A stretch of DNA of 64,000 bases from Chrysomallon squamiferum (Eukaryota; Animalia; Mollusca): positions 17,732,001 to 17,796,000 of the forward strand of contig CM022678.1 in the NCBI GenBank assembly GCA_012295275.1, read 5' to 3'. The notes under the pieces are model-generated. The model had not been told where the DNA came from and ran no database searches. It saw nothing but the letters and a program-made list of their open reading frames with translations. Numbering within the stretch: position 1 is the first letter of the stretch; each line of letters begins with the position of its first letter. This document shows positions 41,852-55,650 of this stretch, in pieces. Position numbers and translations under genes: made by a program.

Positions 41852-42725
41852 GGATTTTGGGGAGTGGTTATTGTTCTGTTTTACTGTTTTAATCTTATTC
41901 TTTTTAATTCTTTTTTCTTTAATTACTACTTCTTTTAATCACTGACTTTCTTTCTTTCTCACTTCCTCTTCTTTTTAAAAAAATATTATTATTACTAATT
42001 AAATGAATTATTATTAAAAGAAGCAGCAATTGTTACTTTTATTTTCTTAATTATTTATTTACTGTGCATAACACATACATTTATAAACACATAATATAAA
42101 AATAAATATAAACTTGATAAATCAAAAAAATAAATAAATAAAAAATAAAAACTATTACTAACAAATATAATATTAATAATAAATATTACAATAACATTTT
42201 TTAAAAGTCATAAAGTCATGAATTTTTTATGTTAAAGAAACTCCAATTTTTTTTTTCATAAATCAAGAATTTAAAAATCTATACTGTTTGAAGTCAGCTT
42301 AAAACTTTTCAACAATTACAAAATTTAGTTAATCACATCTTTGTGTCCATTATAAGCTACGAAGCTATGATGCTTATGTAGTAAGAAATAAGAATATCAC
42401 ATAACTCAGTTTACTTAAAATCTTACTTAGTCCCTGATTCAATGTGCTAGATCATTTTTGTTGTCTGATATAATCATATACTGTTTGTTTTGGTTCAGTA
42501 TCTGACTAGTGTCAAAGATAACTGAAGTTATTTTGGACTGAATTACTCAAACACTGCAAATCAGTCGATTTTATTTTATTTATTTTTTAACTGTTATCTG
42601 ATTATTTTGGCCTGATTGTTGGTAATACACTTGTGTTGTTTTATACAATATGTATGATTTCTAATTATGGACCATTTAATATTTACAGTGAGTTAGTCAA
42701 ATGTGAATAATTTAAGTTACAGCTC

Positions 42726-42774
<49 letters not shown>

Positions 42775-43366
42775 ATGTTTATCTTAATGCTACAAACAGC
42801 CTAAATTGTAAATTTTATTTATATGCAACAAGCTTTGTTAATAATAAAGTAAACCAATAAGTAGAGATGTCTTTCCACAGATTTAAAAATATCATGACGA
42901 AATTAAAAATAAAAATAATAATACAGTTTTATATTCTCCAGTTATGAAATATGTAACATGGTACACTTCAGCTCAAAATCTTTACAATAAATCAAATTAT
43001 TAGCTTTCAAAAACAATCCAAAACATCTTGACATAGTCCTGAGTGCAAAAAGGGGCCAACCACAGTTTTCAAAACTAATAGGAATTTTGTACGTGTCCAT
43101 CATTTATATGGATGCAGAAATGAGTGAAATTTTATCAAAATTGGAGATGGCTGACCAGAGCACTCTGCTTGAGTTGGAATGGGATAACCCAATTTGAAAT
43201 TAATTACTCTTTTTTTTTCTTTTCTTTTTTCTCTCTGTCTTTTTTTTAATAAAAAATAAAATTATAAATGTTCCAAAGCCTATTTTTCATTCCAACTGGT
43301 TTTTCCAAGTTTCTAAAGCATGAGAAGCCTACAGTCTAGTGTTACAATAACTATTTATTTGTCTGC

Positions 43367-43405
<39 letters not shown>

Positions 43406-44088
43406 TTTTACTTCCCTTTACTTTATTTGGCTGTTTGTTTGTTTGTTTGTTTGTTTGTTTTTTTGTTTTTTTATCTATCTATCTACTCACATCTTTAACT
43501 AAAAAATGTCAGACTTTCACCCAATCTGATTATTTGTTGTTTTCAAATTTTAAACAAAAGTAAGATAAACATATCATTTTCCTCCAATACCACCCATCCT
43601 CCTCATCACCCACAGACATCAAGACACACAGACACACAGACAATACACCGTGACACTGCATAATGAGGCTGGACAACCTGGTAGAACAGAAGTCTCAGTA
43701 ATTTGATATTTATGTGTTTGTACTTGACAGCACACATAACCTCCTGTGTTTCAAGACCTTTTGTAAAGTTTTAACCCCGTTTTTTTTTTTTTTACAACAA
43801 ACATTGTGAGCTGTTTTATAAAAGAATCTGGGCCAACCTTCACATTTTAGAGATAATGTATTTGCAAGACATATATAATATATATACACAGTAAGTTGAG
43901 TCACGCTGTTAGACATGCACTTCTTATATATCAACCTGCTTGTACTTTATTTATAACAGTACTTGTACACATAGACATATACAAATTTATAATATGAGTT
44001 ATATTCTACTAAATAACTGAGTTTATTAAACGTTATATTAAAACAGTGATGTAGAACACATAGACTACATAATTACACAATCAATCAA

Positions 44089-44168
<80 letters not shown>

Positions 44169-44388
44169 ACATATGCAAAAATTTAAATATCAGTCAGCAG
44201 CAACTTAACATATACCAGAATAAAAACATTAACAGAAAAAAATAAACAGAAATATACTAACAGAGATAATATATACAGTTTTCATATTCTTAAAATTCAC
44301 AATATATATATATATATGTATGTATGTATAAAACAGTGATATTCAGAAATATATTTCATGTCTCTCTGTTATACACACACACATCAAA

Positions 44389-44432
<44 letters not shown>

Positions 44433-44540
44433 AAGAATCATCTAAATATACCTAATAGATCTATTAGTGTATGCATGTGTGTGTGTGTGTGTGTGGTATT
44501 TGTATTTGTGTGTGTATGTATGTATGTATCTAAAAAAAAT

Positions 44541-44580
<40 letters not shown>

Positions 44581-45633
44581 GAGAAATACACCTCAACTTC
44601 CATTCTCTCATACTCTTGACTTACACAAACGTAAAACATTTAAAAGATTTAAACAAATACACCCACATCAGTGTTTGTACACACATATCAACATTGCAAC
44701 AACCTAAACAAAGTCAAGACAGGATAAGTAAATATTTGTTGTTTACCAGATCAATTAACACCCAAGGCTCAATATTTACACAAAAACTTTAAGTTGTTTA
44801 CGTAGGTTATTAATCTGACAATAATACTTGCAATATACATCTTTGTCATTCTTTCAGTCAATATAGCCAATGTGTGTATGCTTGTGTTTTTGTATCTGTG
44901 TGTGTCTGTATGTATATATGTATGTATATGTTTTTGTATGTATGTCTATGTATGTCTGTATACATGTATGCATAGGTATGTATGTGTGCATCTATATATG
45001 TATGTATATGTATGTGTATGTATGTATGTGTGTGTGTGTGCATAAATTTGTATATGTATGTATATAGTGTATGTAAATATGTATGTATGTATGTATGTAT
45101 ATATATATGTATGTATATATATATGAACACACACACACACACATATACTATATATGCATATGTGTATGTATATGTTTATGTGTATGTATAAATCCTCATT
45201 AATCTATCAACAACTTATTAAGTTTTTATTATTGTCATTTTGTTTCTGTCAACAGAATCATTGTCATTATGTATGAACATCCTTGTTATTCTAATTACCA
45301 TCAATCAACATGTTCAGCTGGCTTCCGTGAAACATTTACAGTTGCCTGGTCTATTTATCAAACATGTGATTCACTCAAGTGAGTGAACAGTGAAGGATGG
45401 TGTAGTCCAGTGGTTAGAGTGGTGGTCTGGGATGTGAGAAGAGGTTTGTTGTGTGTTCTTATTACTATTTCCCCAGTATTATCAGTTAATTTACTCTGAA
45501 TTCTCCAGCCTATGAGTGGGTGATTATATAAAACATTTTATTGCTGCTAGAGCACAGTGACTTCAAACGTGACTTTTGTGAGAAGCTGTTTCATCAACTA
45601 TTTTATTTTTTTATTATAATAATAATAATAATA

Positions 45634-45691
<58 letters not shown>

Positions 45692-47428
45692 TTATTATTA
45701 ATCTTTTTCTTTCTTTCTTTCTTTATTTTTTATTATTTATATATATTTATATATATATTCTTTTCTTCTTTTTTTTTCTGTTTTCTGTGGCTACCTTGGA
45801 CTGGTTTATCAATTTGTTTTTGAAACATATGAGATGATTGATGACTTGTCTGGTCTATTTCCCAACATCAACCTTGACTGCTTTATCAATTAAAAAATAT
45901 TCTGCATTTTACTGTCTGCAAGAAGGAAAACACATATAGACGATTTCTTGCTATTTAATGGGGTTAAGCATAACTCATGAAATAGGTTTCTTCTCACACA
46001 TTATAAACAGAAATAAAAAATAAAAACCTTTTGGCAAGCTGAAGAGATCTAAAAAAGGCAATATAACAAGTTTGATGAAAAAATAAAACTGATAGGTCTT
46101 ACTGCAATGTTTTTGGCTGTTACAACAAATCATCTAGAGTCAGAATTAACATGTACGAGCTTGTTTATAATAATAATGATGATGATAATGGAGAATAAAA
46201 TTAAATTATTAAATATATTTATTATAGTGTATAATACATCTTTCTCATCACAGTAAACTGCAGGTTTAATATAAAAATATAAAAAAACCATATTGCACCT
46301 GTTAGATGCATAATGAATTCAAAAGTGTAAAGAAATTCTGAAAATTCAAACATAAAAGGGTTTAGTGCATGAATGATATGAATTAGTAAATAACGTTTTT
46401 TTTAAAAACAACGGTAAGACTCAGGTTTTTAATAACTTCTATAAACTGGAACAAAAATTAAAAAAATTATTTAATAAAACCAAAATATTAAAAACAAATA
46501 ATAAAAATGTTCAGTTAGTGCTGCTACAGATAATATATTTCGATAAGTAATTTTAAAATCCACTAGGTGTTAATTAAGAAATTAACAATTAATCACCCCC
46601 ATCATCATGACACCTACCTTTATCATCATCTGAAGAATCATCCTGATCATCTACACACGTCTGCTTGCTGACTGGACGTTGAGAATGCCTCATTGTCACA
46701 GTTTTCTTCTTCTCAACATCGTCAACACTTGCACACACATCAGTTACTCCTTTAGCAGAACTTTCAGCAGACGTTATGTTCAGCTCCCTGACACCTGACA
46801 TAACATTATCACCAAACAAGTTACGCTTTTCTGATTGACTTTCTATAACTAACGATGCAGTCTGATCTCCACATATGTCACTCTTTTTTGTAGCACACTC
46901 ACTGGTTCCTTCAGAAACCACTGATTCACTGGGATAGCCGCATGTGCTACCCCTTTCCACTCCACTCTGACTGTCAGATGCACTCGTTAGACTGCATGTG
47001 TTAATCTTTTCCACATCAGTTATGTCGCTGTCTTCTAAACATTTGCTAAGATTTCCTTCACGAAAACTGTCAGTTTTTAAGAAGCCAAACACCTCACTTA
47101 TCATTGCTGTATTAGTTCTCGGTTGTTTTGATCGACTGATACTACACCTCAGTTCAACGACATCATCAACGTCGGTGCTCGTTTCCTCGACATCTGAAGT
47201 CACATGTCCATTTGGAAGATATTCAGTCAGATTCATTTTATCAGTCAGTTGTGGACCGACATGTCCATTTATTTTCTGTAATGGAATATCATCACAATTT
47301 CCATGATGTTCGGTTGTGTGTCCATTAAAATCTAGAGTTGTCTTCTCTTTCTGTTGAACATTTATCTCCCCTTTCGCCATTTCAGTTTTCTGCCCAGTAC
47401 AATCCACAATTATCCCACCATTTTCCAT
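33659..47428 (-). CDS. PDZPH1: PDZ and tandem pleckstrin-homology domain protein (PDZPH1-like), 11 coding exons, ~709 aa
   Basis: Exons: 47428-46618, 40187-40020, 39590-39402, 38940-38839, 38316-38206, 37621-37440, 36960-36815, 35888-35843, 35332-35146, 34441-34306, 33710-33659 (2130 nt, phases consistent). PDZ: DFGLHLL..VFISSVDPGSPAHRAGIVEGQIIIAVNGVNV. PH1: FEGYMYKLG..KKWNKRYFIL..LYYYK..W. PH2: CTGYLIK..KTWKKRYCVLKDACIYYY..RWVEAL. The symbol is assigned from the long-N-terminus/PDZ/PH/PH architecture. Confidence 0.8.
34866..35165. repeat. ~160-nt tandem duplication containing the donor of PDZPH1-like exon 9
   Basis: aaatcatttatctccccttttaaatcttttttaaaagaaggtaagtttaccctgagc occurs twice. The real donor follows 35146 and the decoy follows 34985. 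Confidence 0.85.
37195..37430. repeat. ~22-nt degenerate tandem repeat next to the exon 6 donor of the PDZPH1-like gene
   Basis: taataatctaattaacaggtaa-like unit, ~10 copies. Confidence 0.75.
38540..38810. repeat. 45-nt minisatellite x5-6 in a PDZPH1-like intron
   Basis: Unit aaaatgaccggggcagtggtcagtagagatacagaggaaggtgta. Confidence 0.9.
45393..45540 (+). mobile_element. Degenerate tRNA-derived SINE-like element
   Basis: ggatggtgtagtccagtggttagagtggtggtctg is a tRNA-like 5' arm with an A-box; the rest is degenerate. Confidence 0.35.
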
Positions 47429-49648
47429 CTTGACAGAAACTGTTGTAATAGATTGTGAAAATTTGTTTTATATGTGAAATTTACTATGATAACAGAAACT
47501 ATTGTGAGACTGAGTTAGAACTGGAAAACCAGTAGATTGTTTTTATGGAAGGTGATAGTTTCACAACAATTGTGGGTTTTTTTAATTTTTAATTTTATTA
47601 ATTAAAATATATCAGAGGCATAGGCTGTTATTAAATCCACAGAAGAGAAAAATGTTTATCTGTTTCATAGATGAAAAATAAATATTTTGTTGATTAGTTT
47701 TGTATTTGCTCATTATATAAATACACAAACACTGATATAACTAAAGTCACATATTTATATAAATTATTAGTATTAAAATACACAATAAATTATCATGAAT
47801 CAACAACAAACATTTTATTTATAAAGTAAAATAATAAAAATGTAAGTTAAAGTACATATTTATATATATATATATATCCAGTTATTTTACATAAACCTTT
47901 TTTTTTTTTTTTAAATCATTGTCTGCCTTTGGTATCTATATGTGTCAAATGACATGGCATTTATTTTCCTGTAATACTGTAGTGAGAAATGGTAAATTAT
48001 TCTAAAAAACCTAAACATAAATTTTTGTTTGTCAGGTATCTGATTTATTGACTGAAAAAAAAAAAAATAATAATAATAATAATAATTATAGCTATAGTAT
48101 AAAACTAATGTTAGTGATATTTATTTAGCTTCAATCTCTGTTATCCAGAATCATACTATTTCAAACTATGTTTTAATTCAGATGACATCAAATTTCTAAA
48201 AGATAAGGAGATTCCGTGGCTCTTTTTCGTAATTCCACTGGAAGAACCTGATGACGTTATGTTAATTATGTGACTGTCAGTGACATATATCAATAGTATA
48301 TATATATGTAAAACAGATGGTAAAATAAAATCATTTTAGACTGATTACAACTACAAATATATCAATTCATCTAAACATAACACATGGATAAACAAAACGC
48401 ATCAAAAACTAGTAACCAATGGTCCAATCGCGTGTGAAATTTGTAAGATCAACATAAGTATCAAAAGAAATTCGTAAGACATCAAAGTCATGGTTATCTG
48501 ATACTATATCAGATTTCTCAGACAGAGGTGAAAGCTAAATTTAGAAACAAAACACAATAACAATTAAAATAAAATACATTACCTTTAAACAAGATATTCT
48601 ATATTTTTCAAAACATCACACGTAACTAGGTTTTATCATCCTTTTGTCGGTGTTTACTAATATGACAGAACGTCATTCAATATAATTACCATAATATCTG
48701 GAGCACCAACATCATAATTAATTTCTAGCAGAAAACAAAACATTTAAAAATAACCTTAACAAAGTTACATTGTTATTAATCAATCAAGCATTTAGTAACA
48801 ACCTGACGTTAAATCTTCCTCCTTTGACACTTCCTTGTTGCTGGAAGACTGCTACTCTTTCTGGATTAAGTCTGCTCTCTGCCGTAAAAACATTTATTAT
48901 AATGCCGATAGATCAGGGTCTGAAAACACATACGGTCTTAAAACCCGCATCTCCATAAAGTCGAGAATGCGAATGTTCGGAAGATAATTTTTTTATATAA
49001 TATTTCTGTTTTACTACAACTAAGATGAATTTGCTTATAATAACTGTTTTATCAAAATATTACAATAATTTTATTTTGTTTTTAATGTTTTATTGTTATT
49101 TTAATTTATATTAAGATTAGGCTAGACTGAAGAACACTCAAGTTTAACAATTAAAATAGTTTTGAATCAATAAAAATACTAAATTTTATTTCACAGTAAT
49201 TGCTTAATTAATTATAAATAATTTATATTTGATATTATAAAGATTATGGTTGTGGAACTGGAAATGTAATTATTTACTAACACTAACCATTACAAACGTT
49301 TTAAAACCCACACTATTTCGGAAATAAACACGAAATTATCGGCAATTTTACATCCTGCTTGCGCGCTATTTTCAAACATCAGCGCTGGGTTTGGTAAAAT
49401 TTTTAACCGATTCAAAATCAAAGATATATATATATATATATATATATATCACTTTTTCTAAACCTTTTAATATATAAATCCTTGATTATTTTTTAAACAA
49501 ATTTCTTATTATTTCGAGAAATTGAACCAGTCAATATTTCAGTTTAATCCTAGAATCAGTGTATTTATAATTATAAACATTTATAATTAAGTGAAATATG
49601 AAAATCAGTTGTGGTTTCATTAAATGCATTTTCATTTCAGCAGCAACA

Positions 49649-52600
49649 ATGCCTCAAGAATTTCAAGTTGTACGATGCTACAGCTGCAAAACATTTCAAG
49701 TGCAACAGAAGAAAAAAACAAACAAATGGATCTGTAAAATGTGTGGTGAAAAACAGTCTCTCAAAAAAGTAAAATTACTTTAGATAAATTCAGGGTTAGA
49801 GTTTGTTTCAGAGTAATAAATAATTTGTGAGATTTAGTTAATTCTTAATTACTGCTATAAAAAAGATCAAATACTGAAACAGACCCTGTTTTAGAAGTAT
49901 ATTAATTTGTATCTGTTAAACGTTTCTTTCTTTCTTTTATATTTTAAGTAAAGATTTTAGACTGAGTCCAGAAATCCAGATCAACTGGCTAGATAAATGG
50001 TTCAGTATGTGTATATAACACTTTTAAACATTTTTTAAAATTCTGTTAATATTGAAATCTGTTCTAGCGTGTGATGTATGGGGGTGGTGTATTTAACAAT
50101 TTAATAAAGTGAAAAGTTAATGAATACTAATAAAAATTTTGAAGGTGTTTGGAGAAAGTAGTGGTTCTGACTGCAGACGTCATGTTCAGGAGATGAATCG
50201 TCTACATGGTGAACTTCAACTACAACAGCAGCAGTGTGACAGCATCTCTGAAACATCATCATGTTCGTTTGATATTCTAGACTCGCCAGACAACAAGGAG
50301 ACAGTACAAGTAATTCAATAATTTAGATAAATAAAACTGATTTATTTTAAATCTTTTTAATTGTATTTTGACGAAATTAATATTGTTATTAATGCGTTAT
50401 TAGGATTCAATGTGTTGGCATTTTTCTTTAGCATTTAACATACACAGAAATGTGAAAAAGTCTTTACAGACTGAAGATTGAGCAATCTTTGAAATTATCA
50501 ATTTACATTAATATTAAAATTTATACCATTATTATTTATTGTTATTGTATTTATATTATGGTTATTTATTATTTATATTATGATTATTTTTTATTTATTT
50601 ATGCTATTATTTATTGTTGTGTGTACATAGTATTTGTTGCTTATTATTGTCATTACATTATCATTATTATTTTATTTATTATTACAATTTTTAAAAATTG
50701 TTCCAATATTTTTATTTCTATTGAAAAACATATAGTAAGGGCTTACTTTATTATTAACAAAGTTTGTTTCCTAGTATCAATAAAACAATTGTTACTTGTA
50801 AATAAAATTTATAATTTTGGATGTTTGTAGCATTATATATAATTATATATAATTTTTCTAACTTTATATTTTTAAATATTAATTTAGAAAGATCATTTTA
50901 ATACATCACATGTGACTATAATTTTTCGTTAATTCAGGTCAAACTTTCAAGTCGATGGTCTAACTATATTGAGAAAGATCAAGATGAAGAAGAAGAAGAA
51001 AAAAAGATGAAGATGAAGAGACTCAATACACACTGGACAGAAATGTTGTTAAAAAAATGAAAAGTGGAAATAAAAGGTGAGACCAAAAAATGTTGAGGTG
51101 TTATTTACAAAATATTATAAATTACATTTTAAAAAAATATATTATCATTTTCTGTGTTTCTTTTCAGTTGTTGTTAAAATTATTATTTATTATTTGTTAT
51201 CTTCATTAGATATTATCATTTTCATTATTATTATTATTATTATTATTAATTACTTTGTATTTAATATTATTTATAATTATTGGTATTTATTATTTTTATA
51301 ATTATTGTTATTATTATAAATAACTACAGGTATTCATATTTACTGGCATTTATTATTTATATTTACTGGTATTATTTATATTTACTTGGATTTATTATTT
51401 ATATTTACTGGTATTTATTGTTTATATTTACTGGTATTTATTATTTATATTTACTGGTATTTATTATTTATATTTACTGGTATTTATTATTTATATTTAC
51501 TGGTATTTATTTGTTCATATTTACTAGTATTTATTATTCATATTTACTAGTATTTATTATTTATATTTACTGGTATTTATTGTTCATATTTACTGGCATT
51601 TATTATTTATATTTACTGGTATTTATTATTTATTTTAACTGGCATTCTTTATTTATAAATGTTATAAGAACGTTTTTTTGGGTTTTTTCTGATCTTAATT
51701 ATAGGAAGAGAATTTGGATGGATACCAAACTGAAAGGAAACATTTATCCAAAACCTGCAAAGTTCAGTTATCTTAATGATTATGAAAATGAAGTTCAAAG
51801 CTACAATGTTGTGAATGATTTTGAAGATGAAGATTGTACGTCTGTCAACACTATAAATGAAAAATGTTGCCGTGGTAATGAACTGGAAGGGAACAATTAT
51901 GTCAGCAGGCAGACGGGATCAAAAAGGTCACACTGTGACCTTCTGGAAGAACATGGAATGAGAAATAAACCAGAAGTGAGTCTCAACAGGAATCAACAAA
52001 AAGATTTTTCCATTCAAAAGACAGACAGACAAATGTTAAAACATTCTCAGTCAAAAGAACCTCCTGCTATGAAACAGGAAATCATCAAGAAGACAACACC
52101 GGTCAGCAAATGGTCAGCATTTGTTGAACCTGAGGACAGTGGTCAGTCAGATTCTGATAGTGAAGGTGACAATCCTGACAGTCTGGTGACACCAGGATCG
52201 GGGGCACAGAACTTGGAAAGTAAAGATTGTGATAATTTAAACACAGGATTTCAGCTGAGATCATACACTAAGGAAATGACAAAGACTGCAGTTAATACCA
52301 GTGTATATAAATCTACTGGATTTCAGACAATGACTGATAAGAAAGAAATGACAAAAGATATAATTAATACTGATAAGCCACCTGCTGGATTTGAAACAAT
52401 AACTGCTGATAAAGAAATATTAAAGGATACAATTAACTTTGGTGGATATGAACCATTCACTGTATCAAACGCAAAGGAAATAATAAAGGATGACAGGAGG
52501 AAAAGAAGAGTAAATGAAAATTATGAATTTACTGAAGAAACAGATGGAGAATGTGATACAAGAACAAAGAAAATAAAAACAGGTTTTTCTGCATGTCAGC

Positions 52601-52818
52601 AGACGACAAATCAAACATCAGAAAGTGAAGAGTTTAATTCAGTGAAAGATGGAAATGTCAACGGACTGTTTTCTTCAACAAACCATTTTAGAAGAATCCC
52701 AAATCTGAGTTCTGTCACACATGAAGGAAACCGAAGAAGTATGAACAATGATGGAGATAATGTTGTCAAAAATATCTTTAACGTTGCTGACCTCAGCGAT
52801 GATGATTTTCTGATCTGA
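49649..52818 (+). CDS. MRNIP: MRN complex-interacting protein (C5orf45/UPF0544 family), 4 exons, ~512 aa after restoring one missing base
   Basis: The N-terminus [58 protein letters not shown] is the MRNIP zinc-ribbon signature, and SRW/SKW motifs follow. Exons: 49649-49768, 50145-50309, 50938-51076, 51705-52818. Exon 3 is one base short (A-run 50999-51005) for phase compatibility; as assembled it stops at 51058-51060. Confidence 0.9.
51337..51642. repeat. 23-nt minisatellite x~13 in MRNIP intron 3
   Basis: Unit tatttactggtatttattattta. Confidence 0.9.
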
Positions 52819-53589
52819 TGTGATGTTTTGATTTGGTAATTTTTTATTTTTTATTTTTCAGTTTAATTTTCAATTATGCACATACACTAACATGTATATG
52901 ATATGAGAAGCCATATTGTTTTTCTTGTTGGTCAGGAACTATAAGTCAGTAACTATAAAATTCATTTGTTTTAATAGTTCTGAATAAATTAGTATGCAAA
53001 TCAGCCACATTTCACAGAATTTAACAGTGTGTGTGTATGTGTGTGTGTTTGTGTTGTCTTCATATACATGACGTGTGCAGATGTATATATTCATGTTTGT
53101 ATGTGTATGCATGTGTCTGTGTGTGTATAAGATGTGCAGGTATATGTAGGTGTGTATTTGGGTGTGTGTGAGTGTGTGTATGTGCATATTTGTGTTTGTG
53201 CATGTGCTGTTGTTATAAAAGATTATTTAACTAAGAACACAGGGAAGGTTTGATCCAGCAACCTAGCAGATGTCAGTCTGAGTTCTGAACACTTATAATA
53301 ATTAATAAACTTGTTATTGTGACCATACTTAAACAAAAAACATTTTAAAACAGATATAAAAATAGTACAAGTGAATAATCATCATTCCTTCTGGATCTAA
53401 AATTCTTAATCGGAGCAAAGAAACAGTTTTCTAACAAAAATCTGGATCATTTATGGCACTGTTTCTGCTAAGTTTATAATTGGTCTCAGCAAACTACCAT
53501 TCTGCTGAATTACAGATAGCACTGTCATGGAAATGAGAGTTTTACTATAATGAAGAAGTATTGTGTTTTCATTTTTGTTTTTGTTTTTT

Positions 53590-55196
53590 TCACTGCTGAT
53601 CTGTGAGTATGTCTGGTACTTCAGCATCATTCCCAGTAACAAATTTAATTTTCACAGCTACAGCATCATCAGCACGACTCACAGAGCAGACAGGTACAGC
53701 ATCTTCAATGCCAAGTTCAGTCAGGGTCTCCAGTACAAAATTAGCCATCCAAGTGGATAACTTTCAACACCATTGCATTCATGTTGAGAAAAAATCCAAA
53801 TCGGACATTGACAGGCTTTCGGTTGAGAGTGGATATGACCGTAGATTGGCACCTCCTTCTCTTTGGCCCATCCCAGATGCAAGCAACAATTTCAGAAGAA
53901 GACCAAGGCCGGAATATGGTGACACAGACACAGGAGAAGTCTTTGTCCAGCCAGTGTTTGTCTCTGAACCTGTCCACCTGGTATATCCCAAAAGTCGCAA
54001 ACGTTTCCCTGTCGTTCAAACGACCGACAACCTGATAGAAAACATGAACCTCCCAGTAATGGCAGCCATCACTGAGAACTCTGTCTCCTGATATGCCACA
54101 GTTCCTGTACATAGGATCAAACTGCACAGTGTCTTCGATTCCGTGGTGCTGACAGTCGCAGTGGGCGACTGTCAGACGATCTCTGTCAAGATCCAAGTTT
54201 TGTGTTTCTCTTCTAAGTCCAGTAAGAAAACATCAGCTGAAAAAAAACATATACAGTCTCTGAAGATCAATATCAGCAATTAAACTCATTTTTGACAATG
54301 TGTATGTGTATATGAATAATTTACTGAAGTGAATATAGGTATATTTTTGTTAAGTGCCTGAAGATACTGGAAATTAGTTATCACCACTATATATAGCCAT
54401 TGCAGGATAAATATCATTGCATCTTACTAAATTGTATTAATTGTATTAATCTGTAGAATATCTTTAATGATACCACTTGATTTTAGTGATACCTAACCCT
54501 CTAGTTTTCTTTTTTCAGTGCTGACCTGTGTGTTTTCAGTATTCAACAGCAGAATAAATCTTTGAAAAGAACTGAGCAAAGCTTAATAGAAAATTCTGGA
54601 AAATACTGAAATATATGTTTTGTTTACCAAACCTGAAAATATATTTCTAGTGACAAAAACGACAAGAATTTAACTAAATTTCATTTGCAAATTCATTAAT
54701 TATTAATAGAAAACAGCTTAACAATTTTTTTTTTTTTTTTAAAAAAACAAATCACGTGGAACATACTTCTGATCTGAGGTTCAGTATACAGGACTCGTTC
54801 TTCGCAGTAAGAACTGGTCCCTTCTTTGTACTCTGCTGCCACGGAAACCAGGTAAAGCGTCTCATGTCGAAGTCCTTCAAAAGTGCATCTGTTGTCTTTA
54901 GCTGACCATTTGGCAAGGACAAACTCCTGGACGGTGGAATTGGGGGGGTTGCTATTTTCACATCTGACATGATACTGCAAGGCCTCCTGACACCGACTGA
55001 CCTCAATGCTGACCTTGGCTGTCTGTCTGTTTGTTAGTCTGGACTGTAGTGAAGTTATTGATGGAACAGTTACTGGAAGAAAAAAAAAATAATAATGTCA
55101 GTAAATAGGGTTTTTTTGTTTTCTTTTGTTATTAACATTACAGTTTCCATCGTCATCATTATAATTATCATTATTATTATTTTAATTTTTAATTTT

Positions 55197-55240
<44 letters not shown>

Positions 55241-55551
55241 GAACAGGTTCACTAATTTAATGTAGGCTCTATATGTGTTGGGTTATATGATCTTCCCTAT
55301 TTAGCCTAATACTGAGCTGTTTTCTGTAACCAACCAATGATTTATTGAAGGGCACAGTATGTGTTTTACTGTCTGTAATAAGGTTCATACAAAAGATGCC
55401 AAATAGAGGATTTCATTTTCAATATAATTATAATTAAATAAACATGTTAAAAAAACCTCCAGTAACCTTAGTAATAAAATGTGCTGTGGTTTTGTTTAAT
55501 AACAATGTTATTAATCTGATCCTAAATGTTGACTTAATAATCTATATCTAC

Positions 55552-55616
<65 letters not shown>

Positions 55617-55617
55617 A

Positions 55618-55650
<33 letters not shown>

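Noticed and set aside
50999-51005. A_AAA_AAG in MRNIP as a programmed -1 frameshift
   Set aside because: Any one-base loss in this A-run produces the pattern, no downstream structure is apparent, and this heptamer is efficient mainly in bacteria; a homopolymer error is more parsimonious.
51280-51704. Hydrophobic N-terminal third of the 512-aa ORF, resembling a membrane protein
   Set aside because: It is the translation of an intronic 23-nt minisatellite; the real MRNIP exon starts at 51705.
53603-54091. 162-aa + strand ORF and similar antisense ORFs (3725-3997, 20579-21061, 46998-47306)
   Set aside because: Shadow ORFs opposite real coding exons, with no recognisable motifs.
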